Below, piece after piece: positions 11,104 through 25,496 of a DNA stretch of 64,000 nucleotides. The notes below the pieces were generated by a model. The model worked only from the letters and a program-made list of their open reading frames with translations, ran no database searches and was not told the DNA's origin. Origin of the DNA: Ascoidea asiatica JCM 7603 (taxonomy: Eukaryota; Fungi; Ascomycota). The translations under genes and the position numbers were made by a program. Location of the stretch: positions 590,717-654,716 of the forward strand of contig BCKQ01000001.1 of NCBI GenBank assembly GCA_001600695.1, given 5' to 3'. How positions within the stretch are numbered: position 1 is the stretch's first letter; each line of letters begins with the position of its first letter.

Positions 11104-11640
11104 TTAATACCATGTTTTAACACTTTTTGTTCTTTTTTCTAATAATTTTTTATATTTATTACCTTTAACTCCAATAATTTTATCATCCATAGATTTTAAT
11201 TTCTTATTAATTTCATTAATCTTCTCAGGTTTCTTTAAATCATATTTATGACCTTTTGGATTCAAAACACCTTTCATGAAAACTTTTGAATCATATTTTT
11301 CTTCAAAAAATAATTTATTACCATATAATGGTGGTAATAAATCTTGAATACCATATTTATAAGCTTCTTTAAATAAAACTGATTGCCTTCTTAAAGAATA
11401 TTTTGGTTGATGATATTTCTTAGTAACTGGATGTTTATTTGGTAAAAATGGATTTGCATTTGGTTTATTTGTAAATGTAATTTTATTTGAATAATTTTTA
11501 AAATTTGCTGGTGGATATTTATTAAAAAAATCTTTTAATATCACTGGTAATTCTTCATAAAAATCTATTGGAGTCTTTGGTTTAACAAATATCTCACTTG
11601 CATATAATGCTTTATGTAATCCACAAGTTGTAATTCTCAT
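11104..11640 (-). CDS. MRPL25: Mitochondrial ribosomal protein mL59
   Basis: Motifs FFNKYPP, NPFLPNKHPVTKKYHQPKYSLRRQS, LLPP, PKGHK. Confidence 0.92.
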   Translation of the reverse strand: MRITTCGLHKALYASEIFVKPKTPIDFYEELPVILKDFFNKYPPANFKNYSNKITFTNKPNANPFLPNKHPVTKKYHQPKYSLRRQSVLFKEAYKYGIQDLLPPLYGNKLFFEEKYDSKVFMKGVLNPKGHKYDLKKPEKINEINKKLKSMDDKIIGVKGNKYKKLLEKRTKSVKTWY

Positions 11641-12156
11641 TTTGATATATCTTATACAATCGTATGTAATTACAGATAATTATTCAATCTTCAATCAATA
11701 ATTTATCAATAATCTGTTTAAAACTACCATTAAATAATAGCTTTTACTGAAATGAAATAAATAAATCTCAGTCGAAATGAACATCACGTGCCACGTTCTC
11801 TTTCTTTGAATTTCAGTTTTTGCCGTTGAGCTAAAATTGATATTATCTAAGTGAAGTGGTGAGTGAGTGGGATTTGAAGTTTTATTAAAAAGATTGGTTT
11901 GGTGATTTGATATTGAAAAGAACTTGAGAAGATCATCATTAAAGATAACTTTCACAATCATTTGGAAACTGCTGCAGAAGCTTTTATTCAAGAGGTCTAT
12001 TCTGTTTTCAACAGTAAGTGATTGATTTTTTCATTGGTGAATTTCTGCTGGAGTTAATTCCGGTTAAGCTCAAAGCCCATAAATATTTTAGATTATTTAG
12101 TGAATTATAAACTAACAATTAAATCTGTTATATTATTTGAAGAAATTGTTTATGGA

Positions 12157-14499
12157 ATGTCGTCTCGACTCCCAATAAAAAATATTCATCGATTGAGGAG
12201 TATAAATTTATGTACAAAGTTCAAATCAAATTCTATAAAGAATTTTAATAACTTTAAAAGCTTTTCAACTTTCAATGGTAATTCAGTGAAAATAAATTTA
12301 ACTCCATATGGAATAAAGAAAAATGATAGGATATTTTCAGTTCAAAATAAAACTTTTAATAGATTGTTCTCAAATAACTCTTCTGTGATTTATTTTCAAT
12401 ATTCTCATAAATCTCAGAACCAAAATAATGATAATAAGAACGAAAACAAAAAAGATGAAAAAAATGAAAAAAATGAAAAAGATAATAATGATAATAATAA
12501 AAAGCCACCACCAATTAATAAAGATTATTTTAAATCAAAAGAATTTTATCAAAGTTTATATATTTCTGCAGGTTTAACATTTTTATTTTATTTAATTTCA
12601 CCATCAACTAATCAAACAGATGTTTTATCATTTCAAGAATTCAAAACTAAATATCTTGAAAAAGGTTTAGTTAAAAAATTATATGTTGTAAATAAATATT
12701 ATGTTGAAGTTGAATTAATTAATCCTATTCAAACACCATATGGTTCATCAAAATTTGTTTCATTTACAATTGGTTCAATTGACAATTTTGAAGAACAAAT
12801 TGATAAAATTCAAGATAAATTAAATATTGATCAAAATGAAAGAATTCCAATAATATATACTGAAAGACAATCTATTTTAAATTATTTAATACCTTTTATA
12901 CCAACTGTATTATTATTAGGTGGTTTATATTGGTTAAGTAAAAGAATGTCTTCAGGTTCTGGAGGTATTGGAGGTTCTGGTGGTATATTTAGTGTTGGAA
13001 AATCAAAAGCAAAATTATTTAATCAAGAAAGTGATATAAAAATAAAATTTAAAGATGTTGCAGGTTGTGAAGAAGCGAAAGAAGAAATTATGGAATTTGT
13101 TCAATTTTTAAAAAATCCTTCAAAATATGAAAAATTAGGTGCAAAAATTCCAAGAGGTGCAATTTTATCAGGACCACCAGGTACAGGTAAAACATTATTA
13201 GCAAAAGCAACAGCAGGAGAAGCAGGTGTACCATTTTTATCAGTTAGTGGATCAGAATTTGTTGAAATGTTTGTTGGAGTTGGAGCTTCAAGAGTTAGAG
13301 ATTTATTTAAAAATGCAAGAAAAATGGCACCAGCAATAATTTTTGTTGATGAAATTGATGCAATTGGTAAAGAAAGAGGTGGTAAAAATAGTATGGGAGG
13401 AAATGATGAAAGAGAAGCAACATTAAATCAATTATTAGTTGAAATGGATGGATTTGAAAGTTCAGATCATGTTGTTGTTTTAGCAGGTACAAATAGACCA
13501 GATGTTTTAGATAAAGCATTATTAAGACCAGGTAGATTTGATAGACATGTTTCAATTGAAAGACCAGATATTGAAGGTAGAAAAGCAATTTATTTAGTTC
13601 ATTTATCTAAAATTACTTTAGGGTTTGAAAAAAATAATGTAAATGATCAAATTAAATTAGAAAATTTAGCTGGAAAATTAGCTGCATTAACACCAGGATT
13701 TGCAGGAGCAGATATTGCAAATTGTTGTAATGAAGCAGCATTAATTGCAGCAAGAACAGATAGTAAAAAAGTTGAATTAAAACATTTTGAACAAGCTATT
13801 GAAAGAGTTATTGCAGGATTAGAAAAAAAGAGTAGAGTTTTATCACCAGATGAAAAAAAGACAGTTGCATATCATGAAGCAGGACACGCAATTTGTGGAT
13901 GGTTTTTAAAATATGCAGATCCATTAATTAAAGTTAGTATTATTCCAAGAGGTCAAGGAGCATTAGGGTATGCACAATATTTACCACCTGATCAATATTT
14001 AATTTCAGAAGAACAATTTATGGATAGAATGACAATGGCACTTGGTGGTAGAGTTAGTGAAGAATTACATTTTGAATCAGTTACATCTGGAGCTTCAGAT
14101 GATTTTAAAAAAGTTACCCAAATGGCACAAGCTATGGTTACAGAACTTGGAATGTCTAAAAAATTAGGTGAAATTACTTATGAACAAGAAAATCAAGGTG
14201 GTCAAGGATTAAAAATTCATAAAAATTTTTCTGAAAAGACTTCAAGATTAATTGATTTAGAAGTTAAATCAATTGTTGATAAAGCTTTAATAAAATGTAG
14301 AAATTTATTAAAAGAAAAAATTACATTTGTTGATTTAATTGCAGAAGAATTATTAAGAAAAGAAGTTTTAACAAGAGATGATATGTTAAGAATTGTTGGG
14401 CCAAGACCATTTGAAGAAAGAAATGATGCATTTGAAAAATATTTAATGGGAAATGAAAAAACAGAAAATAATAATAAAGATAATGAAATTTCAAATTAA
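12157..14499 (+). CDS. AFG3: Mitochondrial m-AAA protease subunit
   Basis: Basic presequence, two TM segments, Walker A GPPGTGKT, Walker [27 protein letters not shown] Zn motif; DYFKSKEF and [14 protein letters not shown] are Afg3-like; near BIM1 as in S. cerevisiae; first in-frame ATG 12157. Confidence 0.93.
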   Translation: MSSRLPIKNIHRLRSINLCTKFKSNSIKNFNNFKSFSTFNGNSVKINLTPYGIKKNDRIFSVQNKTFNRLFSNNSSVIYFQYSHKSQNQNNDNKNENKKDEKNEKNEKDNNDNNKKPPPINKDYFKSKEFYQSLYISAGLTFLFYLISPSTNQTDVLSFQEFKTKYLEKGLVKKLYVVNKYYVEVELINPIQTPYGSSKFVSFTIGSIDNFEEQIDKIQDKLNIDQNERIPIIYTERQSILNYLIPFIPTVLLLGGLYWLSKRMSSGSGGIGGSGGIFSVGKSKAKLFNQESDIKIKFKDVAGCEEAKEEIMEFVQFLKNPSKYEKLGAKIPRGAILSGPPGTGKTLLAKATAGEAGVPFLSVSGSEFVEMFVGVGASRVRDLFKNARKMAPAIIFVDEIDAIGKERGGKNSMGGNDEREATLNQLLVEMDGFESSDHVVVLAGTNRPDVLDKALLRPGRFDRHVSIERPDIEGRKAIYLVHLSKITLGFEKNNVNDQIKLENLAGKLAALTPGFAGADIANCCNEAALIAARTDSKKVELKHFEQAIERVIAGLEKKSRVLSPDEKKTVAYHEAGHAICGWFLKYADPLIKVSIIPRGQGALGYAQYLPPDQYLISEEQFMDRMTMALGGRVSEELHFESVTSGASDDFKKVTQMAQAMVTELGMSKKLGEITYEQENQGGQGLKIHKNFSEKTSRLIDLEVKSIVDKALIKCRNLLKEKITFVDLIAEELLRKEVLTRDDMLRIVGPRPFEERNDAFEKYLMGNEKTENNNKDNEISN

Positions 14500-16641
14500 A
14501 AAAATTGATTATAAACTGAAAATTGAAAATTGGAAATTAGTAAGGACAGAGTTTTAAATACGTGTTGTAAATAGAAACCATGTAAATATAATTTCAAATT
14601 TATAAATTAAAAAAAAAAAGTTTAAAAAAAAATAGCTAATATTTAGTTTTGTAATATAAATTGATTATTTGGTAAGAAAAAAGTCAATTGTTTATATCCA
14701 AAGTCACATTCGAGGGTAAAAGTTCACTTTGACCTTTCTGGGAAGTTTTTGGAGTGTGCTCAGTAAGCACGAGGAGGTTTAATTGGCCAAACAGCCACAA
14801 AAACATAAAAATGGAAAAGGAAGTTCCGAGGGTTACCTAAAACTTACCCGAAACAGAAATAATCATCATTGCAATAATAAAAAGAAGATGAAGAAGATGA
14901 TGATGAAGATGATAATGAAGGAATGAATGAATTAAAGAGAAAAGAAGAGAAAACAATTGTTGAAGTGAAGAAGTCAAAAGAAATAGGACATGGTTAAGGT
15001 AACAGAATATATTCAGAAAAAGATTTACTGAATAACTCAAACACCAGTTGTGATTTGTAAAGTGTGGTAGAGAGTGAGTAGTTCGTAAACCAAATGCAAA
15101 TAGAAACCGTTTGTTAAGGAATAAATTCTCCAAATGTTACTCTTTTATAATTTGACAAACAATTGAAAAACAATTGAATATTCAATAAATAACAAATAAG
15201 TAATTGATTGAACAATGGACGAATCAAATCAAATTTTGCTTTTCAATTGAAATTCTTTGAATTGAGTTGAAATGAACTCGATCACAAATAGCTTCAGACG
15301 AGATCTCAGTGTAAAAAGTGAGCAGTAAATAATTCTGAAATTATACCAAAATCTGGATGAATTCAACAATTGAAACCCAGGAATAATCATAATATTACTT
15401 CAATACGTAATGATACTTCGTTTGAATTATTTATTTTATTTTTTTCTCAACTTTGAATTTGAATTTGATTTTGATTTCTTTCATTCCTTTGCAAAATTAA
15501 AAAGTCAAGAAGTGCTGGTATGATGATTCTCACTTACAGAATAAAATTAAAGAATCATTATCCTGTAACTACAAACAAAGTGACATATAAATCTAATGAG
15601 AAATTAAATATTTCATATTTCATAGAACAATAAATAAACTAACATTGTTGTTTACTTTAAAAATTTTATTGAACTTCATTCAACTTTTATAAAAAGTTAA
15701 ATTTTCTCAGATTTCCTTTTGAGATTTTGAATTAAAATTTGAGATCGGTGCTTAAAAATAAAGAAGAAAAAACTAAAAAAAAAAGCAAAAACACTAAAAA
15801 AACTAAAAAACCTTAGAAAAATAAAAACTTTTGTACTAATTCTTTAAAAATTTTTAACTGAAATAATATTAAATATATATTAAATATATATTAAAAATAA
15901 TAAATATATTAAAAATAATAAATACATTAAATATATAAAATACTTCAAATATAATATATCTTATTATATACATTAAGTATATTTTGCATCAAATACAGCT
16001 AAACAACTTACTCTATCTGGTCTTATAAATCAATTATTCAGTATTATATTAATTATTATAATTCTTAGCTATTCGATTGCAACACTAAATCCTCTCGATT
16101 TTAATCAAAAAAATTATTAACTTTATATCTATTAGCTATTAGCTATAAATTTTCACTTGGCTAATTCAACACTTATTATTATAGGTTGCAAATTTTGATT
16201 ATTACAAATTATTTTCTATCATCCTTCAAACTAATCTGTTTATTAAGCTAACTAAAACTCCTCAATTAAATTTTAGCTTATTGTATCAAAGTTATACCAT
16301 TTTATTCATATTCAAAGTTTTTTTTGAATAAAGAAAACTTACTCGATTCAATTCAAACTATCATCGAACTTATTATTATTCAAAACCCATTAATGGTTAT
16401 AAAAGAAATTAAAACTATTCATTCAATTCAAAGTAATACACTACTATATTATTATTACGATTTTATAATATTCATATAAGCTTTATTTATATTTGTATTT
16501 TTACTTTTTATATTATATTATATATATATTCCTTATTCTCCTCCTCCCCTTATAAAAAAAAACATTCAAAATCTATTCAAGCTGATTACCATATAACTTT
16601 ATAATCTTTCTTTTTTTTTTCTCAAAAATTCAAAATTCATA

Positions 16642-19200
16642 ATGAATCAAAGAAAGCTACAGCAAGAAGTAGATCGATTGAATAAAAAAGTCAAAGATGG
16701 TTTAGATTCTTTTGATAATTTTTATAAAAGACATGAAAATGCTTCAAATACTTCTCAAAGAGATAAATTAGAAAATGATTTAAAAAAAGAAGTTAAAAAA
16801 TTACAAAAACAAAGAGAAACTATAAAAAATTGGCAAAATTCAAATGAAATTAAAGAAAAAAAAAATATTTTAAATTTAAGAAAAGAAATTGAATCAAGAA
16901 TGGAAATTTATAAAATTATTGAAAAAGGTTCAAAAACTAAAGCTTTTTCTAAAGTTGGTTTAGCAATACCTGAAAAAATTAATCCAAAAGATAAAAAAAA
17001 ATATGATTGTATAAATTTTATACAAAAATATCTTGATGAATTTGAAAGAAATATTGAAAAACATAATTTTGAATTAGATCAATTAAATCAACAATTAATT
17101 AATTCTTCTTCAAGTAGAAAGAAAAAAAATTCAAATCATTCAAAAATTGATGATGAAAGAAAAAATGATTTAGAAAAATTTATTGAACAATGTAAATTTC
17201 ATCAAAATCGTTTAGAAATTGCTTTAAGATTAGTTCAAAATAGTGATTTAAAACCTGAACCTGTTAAAGATTTAAAAGATGATTTAGATTATTTTGTTCA
17301 AAATTATCAAGATGATGATTTTTATGAAAATGATGAAATGTATAATGATTTAAATTTAGATCAATTTGAAGATTTAGTTACAGATATAACTGCTCAAAAT
17401 CAAGATTCTGAATTTGATAATGATAGTATAGGTAAAGATAATGATAATGATATGGATTCAATAACGAGTGGTAATTTTTCAATCAAAAATAAATCAACTA
17501 CACCTTCAAGTATAAATACTCATTCAAGGATAAAAAGACATTCTTCTTCAATTTCAAGTAATAGAAATTCAAAAATAAAAGCTTCAACAATATCTTCTTC
17601 AAATCCTTCAACTTTTGTGATAAGTGGTAATTCAAGTATACATCGTCGAACAAGTAGTAGTCATAGTATACATAATAGTAATCACAGTAATAATAATAGT
17701 ATATCCACAAATATATCTAGTCCAAGTATAGGTAATAATAGTTTTGTCAATGAAAATAGTAATAATAATATAAATAATAATAGTATACCTATAAATCCTT
17801 CAATATCTTCTGGTTCTATAATAAGTACATATTCTAATAAGTCTAATTCATCAACTGCAACTCCCAAAAAAACACATATATCAACAGCATTTGTGGTGAA
17901 TTCAAATCCAACGGGTCCAATAGCTTTAAAACCATCGACTGCACCAGCTAGACCTACAGGCGAAAAAAAATGGTCAGCAGTTGCAGTTGCTGCAAATTCT
18001 AATAGTGGTAATGGCAATGGTAATGGTAATGATAATAATAATAGTAGTAATAATAGTAGTAGCAGTAGTCTGAATCGTATACTTAGTAGTAATCCAAATA
18101 ATGAGAATATAAATAAAATGGTTACACTATCAATGTCTTCCTCCAAATTGAATAATAATAATAATAATATAGGTAATAAAACATTGATAGGGAAAAAATC
18201 AAGCTCAAATTTGAGTAATATAATCAAATCTACAAATGAATTTGAATCTCCAGTAGTGATAGGCTCAATATCCAAAAAAGATGATAATATACCCATAAAT
18301 TCTATAAATTCAAATAATAATATAATAATAGGGAATTTAAATACACCAATAAATGATAATAAAGTTCAAATTGATAATAAAAATGGTATTAAAAGTGTTA
18401 ATATTAACAATGATAAAGTGATAGATAGAAATGTTAAAAAAATTGAAGAAATTAAAGAACTTAAAGATAAAATACAAGAAAATGGTAATACAAACTTAAG
18501 TTTGAATTTAAATTTGAATATGAATATGAATATGAATAAGAAAATGAATATGAATATGAATGAGAGTATGAATAAAATTGGTAATGAAGATAATAAAATC
18601 GATGAAAATATAATACTTTTACCACCAGGAATTCAATATGCAATTGAAGATATGAAAAATAAAGGAAATAATTATAATATAATAAATTGTGATAATGGAT
18701 TAAGAAATTATTATAATAGAGATACAAATAGAATTTTATCAAGTTTAATTGAAATTGAACCAATTTTTAATTCAATTAGAGGTAGTTGTTCAAATAAATT
18801 AGAATTAAAAGATAAATTTTTAAAAGAAAGTTTTAGAAATCCAAGTTTATTATTTTTTGGATATTATTTTAGTATAAATTTTAATGAAAAATTTTTTTTT
18901 AAAAATTTATTAAATATTTGTAATTGGAGAAATAATAAAAATTTAAATTTTTCAAACTATTGGTATTTTAAACTTAATTCTAAAAAAATTAATAAAAAAG
19001 ATTTAAAATTATCAATTGAGGAGAAAAAATTACAAGAGGAAGATTTAAATTTAAATAGAAATAAGAATGAAACTTTAGAGAAGAATATGATTATTGAATT
19101 TGGAAATTTTGAAATATTCGATTTAAATGAATGGTCATTTAATACAATTAATAACTATTCATTAGATGTGGATGATTTAGAGTTTGAATTCAATGAGTGA
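16642..19200 (+). CDS. NOT3: CCR4-NOT subunit (Not3 N-terminal coiled coil, S/N-rich linker, divergent NOT box)
   Basis: RKLQQEVDR, QRDKLENDLKKEVKKLQKQRE, SKTKAFS; C-terminal LLFFGYYF...W NOT-box-like segment; neighbour of CST6 as in S. cerevisiae. Confidence 0.88.
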   Translation: MNQRKLQQEVDRLNKKVKDGLDSFDNFYKRHENASNTSQRDKLENDLKKEVKKLQKQRETIKNWQNSNEIKEKKNILNLRKEIESRMEIYKIIEKGSKTKAFSKVGLAIPEKINPKDKKKYDCINFIQKYLDEFERNIEKHNFELDQLNQQLINSSSSRKKKNSNHSKIDDERKNDLEKFIEQCKFHQNRLEIALRLVQNSDLKPEPVKDLKDDLDYFVQNYQDDDFYENDEMYNDLNLDQFEDLVTDITAQNQDSEFDNDSIGKDNDNDMDSITSGNFSIKNKSTTPSSINTHSRIKRHSSSISSNRNSKIKASTISSSNPSTFVISGNSSIHRRTSSSHSIHNSNHSNNNSISTNISSPSIGNNSFVNENSNNNINNNSIPINPSISSGSIISTYSNKSNSSTATPKKTHISTAFVVNSNPTGPIALKPSTAPARPTGEKKWSAVAVAANSNSGNGNGNGNDNNNSSNNSSSSSLNRILSSNPNNENINKMVTLSMSSSKLNNNNNNIGNKTLIGKKSSSNLSNIIKSTNEFESPVVIGSISKKDDNIPINSINSNNNIIIGNLNTPINDNKVQIDNKNGIKSVNINNDKVIDRNVKKIEEIKELKDKIQENGNTNLSLNLNLNMNMNMNKKMNMNMNESMNKIGNEDNKIDENIILLPPGIQYAIEDMKNKGNNYNIINCDNGLRNYYNRDTNRILSSLIEIEPIFNSIRGSCSNKLELKDKFLKESFRNPSLLFFGYYFSINFNEKFFFKNLLNICNWRNNKNLNFSNYWYFKLNSKKINKKDLKLSIEEKKLQEEDLNLNRNKNETLEKNMIIEFGNFEIFDLNEWSFNTINNYSLDVDDLEFEFNE

Positions 19201-20115
19201 AATCAAAATAATAAGAAAAAGAAAAAGAAAAGGAAGAAAGATTATGATTGATTAGATTTTTGAATATTCAAAAGTGTGAAATTGAATATTCAATTCACTT
19301 TATCATATTTCCTTTATCAGTTTGGTTTTTTTTTACATTATTTTCACCAGTAAAATTATTTTAATTTTTATTTTTCTTTTAATTTTTATTATTATTATTA
19401 TTATTATTACTATTATTATTATCCTTATTATTTATTACTTTGACTTTTTTCACAAAAATGATATTTATTTAATTTTATTTATTCTCATTTCTAAATAACT
19501 TTTTTTTTATTAAAATGAGTTCATTCAACTGAATTTTTAAAAACTTCAAGGATGTTAACTTTTGTTATCCAATTATCAATTTCAACAATTTAATTTAGCT
19601 AATCAGAAATGATTTTAACAATTATTCAAGTACTCAAACTTCAACAATTAAAATCAAAGCTGAAACTACAAACATTAAGCATTATTACTCAAAATCATTT
19701 AAAATAAAGTCAAAATTCTCGAAGCTTGAGTGGTATTTGATAAAAATGAAATACTAGGACAATTCTTGCACAAAAATGATGATGGATTTGTCCTAAGTAA
19801 AATCAAGATTTAGATCCTAGATTCTCTGAATATCACGTGAATTTACAAACTTGAAATGTTTTTTCAATGATTTACGTGCACATGATCAAAAAAAAAATTA
19901 CCGGAAACTAATGGGAAAAATACTTAATAGAGAAAAAAACAATATTCTCTTCAGTCCGAGGCAATTACCTATCTCGTAAAACAAATATTCAGTAATAACA
20001 AAAGAGCTTTTTTTTGTTACAAAAAGACAGGGATTATTTTTAGACATAGTAACGCTGCAAAACAGCTGATAAAAATTAAGGAGCTGTTAAAATGATTTAA
20101 TTTTTTCAATATTCA

Positions 20116-20190
20116 TCGGATTAATTATTATCTCTTTCGGATTAATCATCTGATATCTTAGAGCTTCGGATTAACAGATGAATTCGGAAC
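20116..20190 (+). promoter_or_regulatory. Array of TCGGATTAA sites (x3 plus one variant) upstream of CST6
   Basis: Exact TCGGATTAA at 20116, 20137 and 20166; TCGGAAC at 20184; fits the CGGANNA Zn2Cys6 (Rgt1-type) consensus. Confidence 0.5.
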
Positions 20191-21530
20191 TTAAAACGCT
20201 CACACGTGCTCTGAACCACCTTCTTCGAAGACCTAAAAAACTCTCCAATCACAAAATCAGGCAATTTCATTGGGCAGTAAAAAGGTCATGTGACCGTGCC
20301 ATTTTTATGGATGCTCGTTATTAAAGAGCAGCATCGAAAGTTTCGTAAATGCTGCTCCCCAAGTTAAAATAGTAAGGATAAAGCTCATTTGCAGCGCATT
20401 TGCTGCGTGATGGATTACGTCGACACTGGCCGGAACTGGTAGTAACTCTGAGGGGCGAGAAAAAGAGAGGGCTTTGTTTTGATATGTGCCATTTTAAGCA
20501 GGGAGCCTCACAGTTTGAATTCCGGTCTGAGTGTTTTTTTTTTCTCTCTCTTTTCTCTTTCTTTTCACTCTCCTTACACTCCTCCCGCAAAGTCTCACAC
20601 TTTCACTCAAAATTGACTAAAGACTGTGAAAAGGCTTTCATCACCATGATCCTTATCTTTTGCATATAACTGAAGAAGATTCTGTTTGCTTTTCATTTTT
20701 TTAACTTCTTTATTTCTATATTTTCTATTATTTCCACTTCTTTCATCATTTCTAAAATTTATCAAACCTATAATTATAATTTATAATTTATTTTTTATCA
20801 ATTCTAAATTCTATTCTAATTCACCCTAGAATAATTTATTCAAATAATCTCTCAAAAAATAAAATTATATAACTTTTTAACTTCTTTTTAAGATCTCATT
20901 TTTTTAAAGATCTCAATTTCAAAGATCTTACTCTTACTTCAATACAATTAACTGGAACAACTATAACAAATAAAATAATTAAAACAATAAACCCTTTGAG
21001 TAAGACTGAAATTCATTTCTATTGTTTTGAATTCTTCACCCACATTTCATCATAATTTTGTTTTTATTATAATTATTATTATTATTATTATTATTACTCC
21101 AATCATAGTTAACCATTTTCAAAGATTCAAATACCAACTATTTCTCACATCATAACTAAATTAAAGCCTTTTAGGTTCCATTGTTGTCTGTTTCTATCGG
21201 AATAATTTCTTGCAATCAATCTTTCAATTCAATCTTCTCAAAAATAATTATTATCTATATATTTTGACAGTCAATTAATTTAATTAAACTTTTCAATCAA
21301 TAATCATTTTTATAATTTTAACCTCATACAGAATTTCATATTTCATATTTCATATTTCATATTTCATATTTCGTATTTCATTTATTACCTAACAATAATT
21401 ATTCATCTATTAAAATCTTTATACATTAAATAAGGAATATATTCAAAATTTTATCAAAAAATCAATTATACTAATATAAATATTAATATTCTATAATTGC
21501 ATTAATTGAGTTTTTCAAGTTTTTAAAAAA

Positions 21531-23450
21531 ATGAGTTCATTTGATAATTTCTTCAATCAAATTCCTCAAAATTCTTCAAATAATCAGTCAACACCATCTC
21601 AAATTAATACAAATAATATTAATAATATAGACAATAATACTAATAATAATAACAATAATAATCAATTAAATAATCAGTTAAATAATCAGTTGAATAACCA
21701 GTTAAACAATCAATTAAATAATCAATTAAATAATCAATTAAATAATCCTTTAATTAATTCTTTAAGTAATCAATTAAATATTCCTATAAATACTCACTTA
21801 AATCCTTCATTAAACGCTCAATTAAACCCTTCTTTAAATAATCCTTTAAATAATCCTTTGAATAATCAATTAACAGCAGCTCAAATCCAAAATCATATTC
21901 AATCCCAAATTCAATCTCAATCCTTAAATTTAGCAAATCAACCACTAAATAATTACATTCATTTTCAACAATTAAATAATCAAAATCAAAATCAAAATCA
22001 AATGGATTCAAATCAATCAAATAAAAATTTAAATATAGCGAATTCTTCATTAATTAAAAATGATTCTAATAGTCCAAGTAATCCAAATAATTTAGATATC
22101 AGTAATCATAATGATTATCATAATTTAAGTAATATTGATCAAGAAAAGCTGTTTTATAATAATAGTTTAGGTATTTTAAATAATGATAGATATCCTTCTG
22201 TACCTCATTTTCCATTAACTTCTCCTCCAATATTTGATCCAACAATGAGTGTTGGTAAAAAAAGAAGAATTTCAATTTCAAATGGTCAAATTGGTCAAAT
22301 TCTTGAAACTCATGATTTCGATTTATATAATAATGAAGTTAATTTATTAGATTCAATGTTATCAACACCTTCTGATCAACAAAATAGTCCTCAGATTTTA
22401 ATTAATGAAAATGGTACAATCAAAAATACAAATTCTGATAATCTTCAAAATTCAAATTCAAATTCTAATATAAATCCTACTACTGCAAATGAAGCTTTTT
22501 TCATTCAACAACAAAATCAACAAAATCAACAACATCAACAACATCAACAACATCAACAAAATTTACATCATCATAATCCTAATCCACAGTTACCAACTTA
22601 TCCATTACTAGTACAACATCCTCAATCAACTCCTTTATATTCTAATAATAATCCTACTATTGATCCTTTAAATGGTAATATAAATAATCAAAAAATGGCT
22701 TTAATTAATTTAGGTCCACCACATCAAAATAATTTTAATTCAAGATCAGAAAATTCAAGAAATATTAATCTTAGTCCTCTTTCTGTGATTCCAACAAATA
22801 ATAATAATAGTAATAATGGCAATAACAATAATCGCAGCAATAATCACCACAATAATCATCGCAATAATCATAACAATAACAATAATCATAATAATAATTT
22901 ATTGCCTCATAATAATATGGGTAACCCTTCAAATATTCCAAATAATAGAGACGTATTCAGTTTAATGAATTCTAATGGTGAACCACATCATGGTACTTCT
23001 GCTTGGAAAAAACAAAGACTTTTAGAAAGAAATAGAATTGCAGCTTCTAAATGTAGACAGAAAAAGAAAAAAGCTCAAGCTAAATTACAAGAAAATTTTG
23101 ATCAATGTTATAAAGAAAATCAAATGTTATCATCAAAAGTTAAAGAATTAGAAAAAAATTTATCCCAAATTAAAAAAGTTATGAAAGATCATTTTGCAAA
23201 ACATCATGAAAATAGTATTGAAATGTTTGAAGATTTTTTACAATTAATTGAATTAAACAATGATATCAAAAAAGAAAGTAAAACTGATAATGATAATAAA
23301 AAAATTTCAAGTAAACTTAAAAATGATACTCCAAGTTCTAATTTAAGTTTCACTAATGATTTTGATCCTGATACTCAAAGTATTAACTCAATTAATAGTC
23401 CAGAGAATTATGACCTCAATGAAATTAATCAAAACTTAGATAATAAATAA
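21531..23450 (+). CDS. CST6: ATF/CREB-family bZIP transcription factor (Cst6/Aca1)
   Basis: KKRRISISNGQIGQI motif and bZIP GTSAWKKQRLLERNRIAASKCRQKKK; N/Q-rich with (NNQL)n repeats. Confidence 0.9.
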   Translation: MSSFDNFFNQIPQNSSNNQSTPSQINTNNINNIDNNTNNNNNNNQLNNQLNNQLNNQLNNQLNNQLNNQLNNPLINSLSNQLNIPINTHLNPSLNAQLNPSLNNPLNNPLNNQLTAAQIQNHIQSQIQSQSLNLANQPLNNYIHFQQLNNQNQNQNQMDSNQSNKNLNIANSSLIKNDSNSPSNPNNLDISNHNDYHNLSNIDQEKLFYNNSLGILNNDRYPSVPHFPLTSPPIFDPTMSVGKKRRISISNGQIGQILETHDFDLYNNEVNLLDSMLSTPSDQQNSPQILINENGTIKNTNSDNLQNSNSNSNINPTTANEAFFIQQQNQQNQQHQQHQQHQQNLHHHNPNPQLPTYPLLVQHPQSTPLYSNNNPTIDPLNGNINNQKMALINLGPPHQNNFNSRSENSRNINLSPLSVIPTNNNNSNNGNNNNRSNNHHNNHRNNHNNNNNHNNNLLPHNNMGNPSNIPNNRDVFSLMNSNGEPHHGTSAWKKQRLLERNRIAASKCRQKKKKAQAKLQENFDQCYKENQMLSSKVKELEKNLSQIKKVMKDHFAKHHENSIEMFEDFLQLIELNNDIKKESKTDNDNKKISSKLKNDTPSSNLSFTNDFDPDTQSINSINSPENYDLNEINQNLDNK

Positions 23451-24331
23451 AATCCATCGATGAAATTGAATAGTAAACATATTCTTCTTTAGTTAATGTA
23501 TTATACAGGTATGATTCTAATTTAGTCAATTTTTATTTTGTTGCAAAATTTTACTCTAAAATCTTGGAAAATTTTTTTAATCTTTATTTTGTTTTTTATT
23601 ATATGTGATTCTTTTTATTTCTTTTCATCCCTAAATTTTCTGGTCTTTTTTATTTGTTATTTATTACACTTTTAATTGTTTATTTAATCTAATTTTTCTT
23701 TTAAAATCTATATAAACACTTCATTCTCATCATAAAAATCATTGGATCTCTCACGATATTCGAAGTATGTTTTTCATAATGCTTTTGTAAATGTAGAAGT
23801 TTCGATTATTAATGAAGTACTAAGAAGATCCATAAACCTGGTTTCAACTTGAACGCTGTTTAACGTTTAAATATGTATTTTGCACATATAAATACAGAAG
23901 CAAGCCTGATTCGGCTGTATGTACCTAAATTTGCACAGCGCGTAATCTTAACTGACTAAACTTATTGGCACGTGCTTGCGCACGTGGCTCTCTTTGTTTG
24001 ATTTTGTTGTTCTTTTGATGGTGACATGAAACTATTTTTGTATTTTGGAGAATTTCAATCATTTTATTGTTATGTACTTAAATAGTCAAACCTTCAATGT
24101 TTATTGAGGGACTTTCTATTGTTTTTTTTTTCGATCTTGAAGTTTTATTTTTATATAATTATTAATAAAGTGAAAGTGATTAGTTTTTAATACTGTTCTT
24201 ATTTGGTGTTTCATTCTATTTGTATTTATGACAACTTTAACTATTTGTTTGAATTAGATGGAAAACAGGTTTAGTTAATCAAATTTTTTTTTTATAACAC
24301 AGCAATAATACAGGTACTCCATAAATCACAG

Positions 24332-24358
<27 letters not shown>
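24332..24358. repeat. (AT)n microsatellite just upstream of the MNN9 ATG
   Basis: Perfect dinucleotide run. Confidence 0.9.

Positions 24359-25496
<1,138 letters not shown>

Noticed and set aside
14881-14964. Coding-like fragment KEDEEDDDEDDNEGMNELKRKRRENNC
   Set aside because: Bounded by stops, no splice signals or homology; likely GAT/GAA simple sequence
20321-20669. Two 89-aa overlapping ORFs
   Set aside because: Non-ATG starts within the CST6 promoter; only the terminal 7-codon uORF retained as a candidate
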